64,000 bases of DNA, from assembly GCF_001194135.2 (NCBI RefSeq), contig NC_068981.1:141327071-141391070 (forward strand). Direction: 5' to 3'. Of this stretch, positions 52,591-64,000 are shown piece after piece (position 1 is the first letter of the stretch; every line of letters begins with the position of its first letter). The notes beneath the pieces are model-generated. The model was given only the letters and a program-made list of their open reading frames with translations. It did no database searches and was not told where the DNA came from. This DNA comes from Octopus bimaculoides. Its lineage: Eukaryota. The translations under genes and the position numbers were made by a program.

Positions 52591-53446
52591 ATAAAGTCGG
52601 TATAATCCACAAATGCAATACCCTCATAGGTTCTTCCAAATTCCGGGGCCAGAGATCAGATATCATTCTCTTCATTAGACTTGCTGATTCTGGCCGTAAA
52701 TACCGATTTCCACTGTAGTCTTTTTACGCAAAACAAATTATTGCACCCTGCAAAAATGATCACAATAAATAATTACATGATATAACAGGAAATGACAATT
52801 GATTTCGCAATCATATAATACATGCAATCTTCCCAACGCTACTCTGAGCATAATATCATGTGTAGAACGTGAAAATTACTCCATCAGCATTGCCCTAACG
52901 ATGCCAATATAAATTTCTCAAGTCAACTAAACTTTCATGCCATACTCCTAAACTTTCAGCCTAAACTTTCAACCTAAGCTTGCATGCAATACGCCCCCTC
53001 GCAAGAATCGCGCTAACATATAACAATATTGCAACAAATTCTTACGTCAACTGGTCGTCTACTATGCAACATTATTTTGAAATGAGTCCGAGAAGGTAAG
53101 TACTGCATAACAGTCAAACGGTACGTTATTGACTTTAAGTCAGATTAGAAAAGCTTGGATCTACTTAAAAAAATACTTTGATATCATGTGAAAAATTTTA
53201 CCGACATTGTGCGGGAAAATAATCCCTTGAAAACCTGACTTGATGATGGATGAATTACAATTCCTGAAGCATGGACGCATAATTTTGATAATGATTTCGT
53301 AGCAGCATCACCACAATAAAAGGCGAATGACGCCATCTAAGTTATATAATCAGTCCAACGGTGCTTATATCTAGTAGTTGTGTCTATTTTACTGCCATGA
53401 ACTTTGAGCATTTCGCATATAAAGGATGCACTTTCTCGAAAACACG

Positions 53447-53482
<36 letters not shown>

Positions 53483-55719
53483 TGCACAATCACCACTCAC
53501 ACATACGCGCACACATGCGCACCTACACGCACAACCACCCTTACATACACACGTATATATATAAATTAGAGTAAATCAGAATTTTATTTTGTTCACCTCT
53601 CCTCGATCTCCGTGACGCAGCATTGTTATCAATATTTTCAAAAAACGCTTTAACTTTAAATCTCTCGTGGCATTTACGCTGATATCGGTGCTACTGTGAT
53701 ATAATGAATATTATCACAACACAGCCAAAATACTCTAAAAGGTATTTTAATCTATCCGTCTCCCCTTTGAGGATATATAAACACGGCAGGTTATCATTTA
53801 CAAAATCAATATTTATCTAGCAAGTTGTTCAAGCTTTTCCATTCTGCTGTATTTAACTGAGTTGCGTCTTGTACATATCAAAACCCATGTATACTCATTT
53901 AAATACGCATAAAAATGCTAAATGGGTATCCGTCAGTTTCGACGATGTGTATACTAGTGCTTTGATGAATTTAACAGCTGAGTCATATTATCAGCGAAGA
54001 ACATGATATTATTACAACTTTATTTTTGACATGTTTCCTGTTTGCCAATAACGTAAAACTCAGGTAAATCAAACTTGAAGCTGTATAATGAAACTGAGAC
54101 GTTGAATTAATCGTACCGTTAATCAAAGTCTTCGTCATCCTTTCCGTAGTGTCTACTAACTTTCATTCACAATTTCTGGACTTATTCGGAGACTATGGTG
54201 GAAAACACTTCTCCAATATACAGTACACATAGATCGAGGACAAGATCTTAGAGCTAAAAAAAAAACAAACAAAAAAACAATGTCGTGAAAATTCGGCCAT
54301 GATAATACCCCTAGAATAATCTATATAAGTATTCTTACATGCGTACATATTTCTATGGAAACGCATACACATACAAGTGTATTCATACAGAATTATGAGT
54401 AAATATACAAAATAAACAAATTGTAAGAAAGATCATGATGGAATGATAGTCTTTCATTTCATTTTGATGATAAAAGTTTTATGTTTCTGATATTTTTCCA
54501 GTTTGAGCAAATTGCAACATTGATGATGAAAATGCAGTTTAGATTTATATGAATCATAATTAACAGTAAGCATTACAAAGGCATAATTGAATCTATTGTC
54601 CATAAAGATAATATCACTTAGAAGTCAATTAATTGGTTCAACTAAATAACATACGCATGCAACAAAAATAATATGCAAAACAATAAAGTAATTATTAACA
54701 ACAAATATCCAATTATTACTTAACAAAACAAATAACGAATAAATTGTAGTCAAATTGTGCAGAATGCCATTGAACAATACATAATTTATAAGATTTTATC
54801 GTATGCTTGCAATCATATTTACTGGAGCTAATAATACATTATAGCAAAAATATTTTGAGTGTATTTTAATTATTAGAAGCGTGCCTCTCGAGGGACATAG
54901 TTAATTAGGCAGCTATTGCATGCTATATGGAAACATACGTTTTTCAATGCTTCATCGTTTTCCTCAAACTATAGAAAAACAAAATAAAAGTTATACTTTT
55001 TTACTGTAATATCTAACATATGAACTATGCCAGATTCTATCAGCAAGATTGTCACCAGATGTTACCAATATTGAAGCCAGTGAGTCGTATGCTAGATATT
55101 TGCCAATAAATCACGGTTTCAGAATGTAAGAACAAAAATATGGTCCTAATATGTTTTTACAAAATTTGTTTTCCCTATTTTTAATATAAACGTTGCCAAA
55201 TATTTTTTTCTCATACGAGAAGCTGAATATATATCGATATTATTCAAATGAACGGCTATTCTGCAGTCAAATTACATGCATTTGCGTGTATGCTTTATAT
55301 ACATACATACACACACATGTTCACATCACTGAACAAACGGACATGTGTGCGTGCAATTATATGACATAGGTGTGTAAATACACACACTCACACACACACA
55401 CATACATACACATATATTTGTAATTGTGTGTGCAATTATATGACGCGTACACACAAATAGACATTCGCAGACAAACGCGGGCACATACATACATTTATGC
55501 ATATGTACACGCACACATATGCAAGCATATGCACAGATACTTACCTATTCTTAAAAAAAGCCACATCATCCACATACACACAAACACAAGCAGTTACGCA
55601 CACAAACACAAGCAGTTGCGCATACACACAGGTTGAAACACACTCACGTAAGCACTCACAAATTCACGCATATATAAACATATACACTCATTCACAGAAC
55701 CAAATCAGCTTCACGAAGA

Positions 55720-55815
55720 AGCACACAAGACCACACACTCGCAAGCGCACACACACACACTCAGGCACACAAGACCACACACTCGCAAGCGCACACACAC
55801 ACTCAGGCACACAGA
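55720..55815. repeat. about 45-bp duplicated unit inside a CA-rich tract
   Basis: CACACAAGACCACACACTCGCAAGCGCACAC...ACTCAGG occurs twice. Confidence 0.85.
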
Positions 55816-55831
55816 AACGTACGGAGGTGCT

Positions 55832-55864
<33 letters not shown>

Positions 55865-55943
55865 TGATACAGATACTCGCACATACACACACTTAATATT
55901 TTCTGTCCTCTCCCACCCCACATAAAAAAGCTATACCCTACTT

Positions 55944-56313
55944 TAGTGACTCTCCACCGGGGTCCATATGATTCCTCGGGGTACATATAAGATTTTTGGC
56001 GTCCACGCAACCAATGTGGTAAATTAGGGATCCTCAGTAGTATGTTAAGCGTCCATAAATAGATTTTGTTTCAGATATATTTATTGTAAGACACGACTAG
56101 GTTTCTAATGGTTTATAGTTTGACACGTTTCCACGCACTGAAACATGTTCTCTCAGAGATGGCTATTGTAAGCCCACACAACTAAACGAGAGAAAAACCA
56201 AAAATAGGTGATTTGAAAGAAGTGTGTATAAAAGTAATTTTTAAACATGGAATAACTGTAGGGTCCAGAAGACTAAAATAGCAATCAAAGTAAGATATGG
56301 TTCAGAACCACTT
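55944..56313. mobile_element. probable hAT-type MITE
   Basis: Left AGTGACTCTCCACC versus reverse complement of right end AGTGGTTCTGAACC (10/14), resembling CAGTGGTTCTCAACC-type TIRs. Subterminal GGGTCCA motifs. Confidence 0.4.
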
Positions 56314-57047
56314 TTCTACACTCAGAAAATATTTTCAGCAGATCTGAGACCGACCTCACAACAAGAGGCCTAAGATATAAAGAAGTAACTGGTGGGTAGC
56401 GCACACATACCTAGAAGCACAGTAACACATATACACGCAGTTATTCGGGTGTATTCACATGACTACATATACACGCATGTACACGCACGCACACACACAC
56501 ACACATGAACACACTTATCGCTTATTCTCAACCTTAGCTCCTTTTCTAAGCAAATACACATCTACAAACAAGAGAAGAAGTACGCATACACAGAGGCATG
56601 AGAAAAATTCTCAGACAGACTCAGAATAGATCGTCCAGACCTTGGAGACGTCAGATGTAAATAATGAGATCCAACGATGAAAAAAATTATAATGATCGTA
56701 AGTGCCATATTTCGAGATTTTTGTTCCTTCATCAGCACCCATCTAATAATTTATTAGCCAGGGAGACATTGTTTAAATAGCCGCTAAATAGAGCGGTGTA
56801 ACGTTGTTGAATATAACGTTACAAACGAACTGAGTGTTTAACCAGTACATTAAACAAAAGATCGATTATTTAGTTGGTTAGTTACTTCACGAAGAGACTA
56901 ACAATGAAGATGTGGAATTAAACCTGTGCGCGTGTTATTATAATTACACTATAACTTGTTTCAATTCTAGAATTAACATTAAGAATGTTGCAATCCAAAT
57001 ACGAAAGCATGAAGCATGATATATATATATATATGGCTGATAGTTAG

Positions 57048-57170
57048 CAAGGTGAGACACACATAAGAAAGAAGGAAACAATGGACCACTGATGAGGTCA
57101 CAGAAGTGTGACGAAAGAACTCTGACCGAAATAAGATTAAGATTAATGTAATATAAAGCTGAAGCAAAGT
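57048..57170 (+). mobile_element. solo PLE terminal-repeat fragment homologous to 44585-44700
   Basis: GAGACAC...GGACCAC...GTGTGACGAAAGAACTCTG...ATAAAGCTGAA aligns to the reverse complement of the PLE 3' region. Confidence 0.8.
57083..57127 (+). ncRNA. minimal type-I hammerhead ribozyme motif
   Basis: CTGATGA (57089-57095), perfect stem II GTCACA/TGTGAC, GAAA, stem III AG-AA-CT, C17 at 57122. Stem I is weakened. Confidence 0.7.
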
Positions 57171-57611
57171 AACACCAAATATACAGTGCGTGTGTTTTTA
57201 TTGGCTAAACTGGCAATATGACCATCCCCAAGTACAACNNNNNNNNNNNNNNNNNNNNNNNNNNNNNNNNNNNNNNNNNNNNNNNNNNNNNNNNNNNNNN
57301 NNNNNNNNNNNNNNNNNNNNNNNNNNNNNNNNNNNNNNNNNNNNNNNNNNNNNNNNNNNNNNNNNNNNNNNNNNNNNNNNNNNNNNNNNNNNNNNNNNNN
57401 NNNNNNNNNNNNNNNNNNNNNNNNNNNNNNNNNNNNNNNNNNNNNNNNNNNNNNNNNNNNNNNNNNNNNNNNNNNNNNNNNNNNNNNNNNNNNNNNNNNN
57501 NNNNNNNNNNNNNNNNNNNNNNNNNNNNNNNNNNNNNNNNNNNNNNNNNNNNNNNNNNNNNNNNNNNNNNNNNNNNNNNNNNNNNNNATTTTATAGAAAG
57601 ATAGAAATATG

Positions 57612-57644
<33 letters not shown>

Positions 57645-57652
57645 ATAAATAA

Positions 57653-57720
<68 letters not shown>

Positions 57721-57730
57721 GTAGGTAGGT
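57612..57730. repeat. (GATA)n repeat
   Basis: Direct. Confidence 0.97.
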
Positions 57731-57913
57731 AGAGAAGTAGTTGTATGGGTATATTGTCAGTGCACTCTTATCTTTGTCCTTTTGTATTTGAGATGTTCCA
57801 CTGGAATGAAATGAGATAATCTAAAAGCCATTTTCTGTGCTGTATTGCGAGTTACAAAGACTTCAATACATTGCTAAATGTTAAAAACACTTTTTGTAAC
57901 AAGCATTTAAAAG

Positions 57914-58090
57914 AAGGCTAGCTGGCAGAACCTTTTTAGCACGTTGAGCAAAAATGTTTAGCGTCTATTTCTAATTACCACGAGTTTGATTTTGCCTTTC
58001 TTCCTTCGATAAAATAAAAGCCATTTGAACACTGGGGTCGATATAATTAGCTTACCACTTCCTCGAAATTCAGGCCTTGTGAGAAAATCT
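57914..58090 (+). mobile_element. decayed SINE family B
   Basis: AAGGCTAGCTGGCAGAA...TTTGCCTTTC...ACTGGGGTCGAT...GGCCTTGTG. Confidence 0.65.
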
Positions 58091-59578
58091 GAAATCAATA
58101 TTAAAGATTCAATTATTTGGGAGCTTTAGATTAACATATCAATGCAATGACAATTTGCTTATATGACATGACTACGGAGTGTTTTTGTGTATTATGTTCT
58201 TTCATTTCGTGTAAATCCTGTTATCATGTGTAATCATTTATTATTAACCTGCTTACTCTTTCAATCTTTCACTCCTCGAAGATCCTTTCATTCTTAAAAT
58301 GGCGATCATTTTCTCTAAATCTGGAAAACCTTAGACACATGTCTAGTCATTAAAATCCGATGTGGGTCTTCTTCAGCAGAGTACCGTACACGCTTTTACC
58401 ATGAAATTCAAGCAATACCGCAATATTTTAGGTTTTAAATATAGTCTGCAGGTTAAATGTTCTGCGTCTGTGTGAAATAGACCGTACAAAAAGCGTACTT
58501 TTTGAAGTATGTCTTTATCTATCATTGTTTAATTATTCATTCATATTTCACCGTAGTAATGAAGACAAGTTAATAAAGAAAGTCTGTGATATTATTACCT
58601 AATAATTTTCAGAAATGTGAAGGACCAAGTGTGACAGAAAACGAAAAAATAATATTTACTAGATAAAAACCCTAAATCGGTCATTGACGGCATGAGAGAA
58701 GCATTCAACATTAAAAAAAATTGTCGATTTGTCTTACAATTTAAGCTAAGCATTCTGTATAATACAGACAGTAAACCAACTGTTCAATTAACATCATTCA
58801 AGTTGACAGCGATATGTGTAATATCTCACTGAAATATTTCCAGGCTTTTATGTTGAATTGGCGCCACCTACATTTACGGATTGCCACTAAAATCTTTGAC
58901 ACAGCGGTGGAAAAGTTCGGAGTATCTTTAGTTCTACTCAAAAAAAGCCTGGAGAGAGGCTGTCAAATGCATTCGGTATCGAAGTGCAACACTTAAGTTG
59001 TTTACGTCAAGTAGTTGCGTGTGTTTATATGCGTGTATGCACTTATATACCTACGTAAGCATAGGAACACAGCTACAAACTCTCCCTCACAGACACGCAC
59101 ATGCATACAGACAGTCCAACACATATTTACACGTATGTATGTACTTATAAATGTTTACGCACACTCCTCACACACTCGTATTTCTGGGAAAAGAACAGCA
59201 AGAAATATTCACTCCTATCAAGCAGCGAAGCCATTTTGAACATCAGTCTTTCTAGATTAATTTATCTTGGATTACCTCTTACTTTATTTGAAGGAATCAA
59301 ACAGTTAATAATTATTATAATTATTTGATTGCGCCGCTGACAAATATATATAACAAATAATCTATTCATTTCAGCAACTTAAACCTTTCAATTAATAGAA
59401 ATCAAGCTTGAGTTCTCTTCGTGGAAAACAACACTTTTTTGTGTATCCTCTCTCTCATCATAATTCCCTGTTTTTCGCGTATATGCGTGTGTTTACGTGA
59501 GTGTGCGCACAAATGTGTGCTTTTGTGTGTATTTCTGTGTGAGTGTATATGTGTATGTGTGTGTGTGTGTGCGCGCGT

Positions 59579-59615
<37 letters not shown>

Positions 59616-59836
59616 TGGCTAGATAATAACCAGTCATACTTCCATCTGTTTACTTTCAACAACGAAAGCGATAAGTGATATAGCAGTGTCTATCTGTAGA
59701 AAGAAACCCTACCCACACATTCTCGTCTCCCTCTCATTCCATATACATTTGTGTGTGTGTGTAAATGCATGTGTGTTCATATATATACATAAACACACAC
59801 ACACACACACACACACACACTCATCAACAGACCCAT

Positions 59837-59879
<43 letters not shown>

Positions 59880-60379
59880 CAAAGAGATTTCAGTTTCAGA
59901 TTCTTTCTGATAAAATAGCTCTACTACATCACTTCATATGCAATATACAATAATATGCTTTCGCCCATAGCGCAGTGATTCGCTCTCTAAAATATATAAA
60001 TATTGATAGAATATATATATATTTTCCTTTAAAGCGAAATTCAAAATCCGTTTTAGATAACAACGATAGTTATATATTTTGATAATTTCTATTGCTTTTG
60101 GTGCATAAAATGAATAGTTTTCAAAATAATATGGTATATGGCTTAACATGTTATTACTAACCATGTGTATAAATTGTTGCGTAGAATAAAGTTCAGATGG
60201 ATTGAAATGCTATCGAATTCTATATCGCAATACATTATTCCTTAAAATCCTGATTTTACATTTCAGTTGACAGAGGTATTCAAAACTTGTTTCAACAACT
60301 AGGTGGAATCGATTCCATCATTTACAACACGTTAAAGGCAAGAATAACTCATGGGTCTATCGATAAAGTATTTTCGTTT

Positions 60380-60522
60380 TTCTTTCTTTCTTTTTTCTTT
60401 CTTTCTTTTTTCTTTCTTTCTTTTTTTCTTTCTTTCTTTTTTCTTTCTTTTGTAGAAAGAAGGATTTAGGGATGATAGTGCAGAAATCTCAGCTGACATC
60501 CAAATAAAGTCAATGAAACGAG

Positions 60523-60556
<34 letters not shown>

Positions 60557-60592
60557 GTAGTAGTAGTAGTAGTAATAGTAGTAGTAGTAGTA
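60380..60592. repeat. (TTTC)n-like tract (60380-60450) and (AGT)n tract (60523-60592)
   Basis: Direct. Confidence 0.93.
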
Positions 60593-63272
60593 AATAATAC
60601 CGTTATTCTTGTTATTGTTGTTGATAATGATTTCTTTATTAACCGGAAAGTTTCATATGATACAAGTTGCAATAAATGTTAAATGAAACGGGGTTTACTA
60701 TATGTGAGGAACTGGGCAAACTATATAGAATCTAGCGAAGGGGGCGAGAACGTTATACAATGAGCAGATAAAAGCAAATTATTGAAACATGAAATAGTAT
60801 AAAAGATTACGACATGGTATAAAGTTTGTATGGGAGACCTGCAGTTATTGTTAATCAATAACACATAGTTCTATAGTTCAACTCCAAAGTCATCACTGCT
60901 GTAATGCTACTGGTGTCTCTGGTGGTGAGAATTATAGGGATGGTGTCCCTTGTAACTCTGCAGCTGCTGTTGGAGATGGATTTTGTACATCGTTTCTTAA
61001 ATGCTGCTCCCTCTGTCGTTCGAAGCTTCCATTTCTTGGTATTGTTGGGGGTTGATTTTCTCTTGATTTTATCGAGGTGTTTGTTTTGCCATATCACTTC
61101 CCACAGTTAACTTCGTCTCCTTTCTCTGAATAATTTGCGGTCGAGAGAGACATGTTTTGGTCTACATTTCATTTATTTCTGGTTTGGTTTAGGGGATCCT
61201 TGTTTTTGCTTTTTTCGTTTTTGTTGACGATACCTAAGTCAGTGAGGACCGTATTTCTCTGGCTGTTTTTGTTGCTGTTGCTTGTACTCTCAATGTTGTT
61301 GTTATTGTTTATTTTTAAGCAACGATTTTATTCCTGCATCTGATGCTAAATGCTTTAGTACTGTGAGTTGGTTTCCATGAACATGATATAACGCGATAAT
61401 TGGATAATTCTGAATTTTATTGGTATGTCTGCATTTATAAACGTAGAAACATCATACGTTTGGAAAGTTTTCAAACGTGAATGTGGTAAAAATAATATTG
61501 TGACTATGTAAATTATGTTTGAGTAGGTATTACTTCGTAATAGTACGATATGTGATATAAAATCATCTTACAGTATCGAACCGGAAGCTAACACACGTAT
61601 ACATTTTATACAATAACACTCTGTATTGCCTAAACTATAACACATATTAAGCAAGAGGTTTATATGTAATTGCTTTTATTGAAAATTTGGGAGAAATTTT
61701 ATAAATTAAATATCGACGTTACATTGTAGAAACCTTTTGCTTGTTCTCACTGAAATAAGTCATTGGAAAGCGAATGAAAAGATCATGGGCAGCAATTATA
61801 CAATCCTACGATCATTTTCACTTTGGATAGCTAACATCTCCACGTGTGGTTGCAGCATACTTGTACGCATGCAGTATATAAAACAGCAATAGTGAATAAC
61901 CATTTAAGCCCTACTTTTATTTACGGTTACAAAATGATCAACACAAAAATAAATACTCTGACTTAGATGAACAAATCCAAACTGAATAGGCCAGCAGAGC
62001 ACGTGCATTTGCCATATCGGATTAGCACGTCACCGTTAGATACAGCAAGAAGCAGAATACATAATTCTTACAAGGTTTCGGAGAAAAATCGCGCGGTTGA
62101 TTAAATACTGCATTTTTATCACTTTATCCAAAACCAATCTTCAGCAAAATACTTAGAGCAACGAGAACGTAGATAAAATAGTTCTGAATACACATGTTCA
62201 GTCAATTCTCTAGAGAAAATATATTTGGTACTTTGGAATTTCTATAGGACTTAGAAATGAAACGATAATACGAAGATATTACAGAATTGTAGCATAGAGG
62301 CAAGCCGATAATAATCCTTGCAACATTTTACATAATATAAATGAACACTTATGAATAATCGATGTAGCAATAACGATTTAGTATAATATTGTGCAAAAAT
62401 GAACAGGGAACCTCAGCAAATATACTGACTTAGCCGTTTAATTATACACACGTGACAGCCAAGAAATTTGCCTATAATCGGATTTCTAATTTACACAGCT
62501 TGAACGGTACAAAATCAAATCTGTAAAGACATTTAGGATTACATATAAATAGGTATAGTAACTTATCAGAAAATGGGAATGCTATGTTCTGTAAGCATTA
62601 TTTGATCATTCTTTCGCAAAATATAATTTTATACGTGCTGTTTTGATAATGTACCAACATATATAATTACTGAATAAGGAAAGGAAGTCTTCTATGTATT
62701 TCTCAATCCATGCATAATAATAAGTGAATTTTGTATCAGGGTATTAACAGTTTTGTTAGGTGTGTGGCAGGATTCGTGTGAATGATCAGTAACTGATTAT
62801 TTTTTAAAGTCCCAAAAACATTTAGGATACGAATTCAGAAGGCAAAGAAAACCCGGATATTATAATTCTGTTGCCTCAACTTAAGTACCATATTCACCTG
62901 TATCTACATACACACACAAAATGGGTGATTGCTTAGTTTTGACATGTAGCCATTTAGAGAGATATGAAGAAGGCGTTAGAACGATGCTGAAACTTTACCT
63001 TCTTTACGGTGTTCCATAAGTCAGATTCGAAGCACTAAGGTTCTTCATCACGGAAGGGCACTTCTAGCATTTCAAGCCGAACTTGTCTGCGAATGTATTT
63101 GCGGACAGATTCTCTAAGTCCTTGCGTATATGCGTAGTGAAGATTTCAATTTACTTCGTGAATCAGGTCAAAAAGAGTTTTCTTTGTTACATTTGGATGT
63201 TCTTCAATGAATACGGCAGTGGTTGTGTTACTCACTTCCTATTCAATTGTGTTACTCACTTCCTATCTCCCT

Positions 63273-63316
<44 letters not shown>

Positions 63317-64000
63317 ATATATATATAGCTTGCAGATAAAACGTGAAATGAGTATAATATGGGGCCTAATTGGACGCTGGTAGAAAAACCGATATAATCG
63401 TTTATAGGCACACGAGTATATGCAAAAACACGTGCATGGCCCCATACATAAAGACACATCACACACACACATGCACACACAATGAATATATACACGTCGA
63501 CATTCACGTATACGGACTCACACTTACCAAATAACTAAATACCTCTCGTAAACAAGACCATGATGAAAGAATATTATTTTAAAAGATATGAAAGGAATTT
63601 GTATTATGGTGAGATTACAATAAATTGAACTAATTATGTCATGAATAGATGATAAATGTAACTAGGGTTAATAATGAAATAAACACTAGCATTTATTTGT
63701 AATGCGATGTAAATATGGAACTCCAATAACTAGAATTCCAACTTTATGCAGTATGATATCATGATTTCTCCATATCATTCCCTTAATTGTTTAAACCACA
63801 CTATGATTTGCTTACACAATCCCACAGTGTTTCCAAGCAATCGACATAATAAAGCACGCGCGAAAATCACGCATGTTGTATTATGGTGCAACCAAAATGA
63901 AAACGAATGATTTTTACATATCTTTTCGCTCTTAAGGCTTCATAAGTGCGAGCTCATAGCACTTTACGTTATAGTTATTCAAATTATAGAAAATGGTTAA

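Noticed and set aside
60850-61400. Purine-rich decayed minus-strand ORF-like stretch, considered as a third ORF1 unit
   Set aside because: No recognisable shared motif with the 26-29 kb units; left unassigned.
370-63507. Most ORF-track entries (poly-I/Y, H/T, E/R, M/D, X-filled)
   Set aside because: They are translations of microsatellites or N gaps.

Overview
This is AT-rich, gappy (14 N-runs) eukaryotic DNA dense in microsatellites and transposons. The tRNA-derived SINE families and SSR density suggest an octopus-type cephalopod (inference). No intact multi-exon gene or prokaryotic feature can be supported, and most entries in the ORF track are translated SSRs. Supported content: three tRNA-SINE families (four copies with TSDs), a TIR-complete decayed mariner, mariner and hAT MITEs or relics, an R4/Dong-like RLE LINE with a 5' inversion, a CR1-type RT fragment, and a Penelope-like element (RT plus GIY-YIG). 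A likely terminal exon lies on the minus strand at 5408-5659. The most unusual structure is at 26.1-29.55 kb: two diverged tandem units encoding only a LINE-ORF1-like protein (RRM-like region plus decayed zinc knuckle, no RT). Their shared 3' terminus forms the distal stem of a type-I hammerhead ribozyme that resembles the PLE hammerheads elsewhere in the window. It is a candidate protein-coding, retrozyme-like non-autonomous retroelement.
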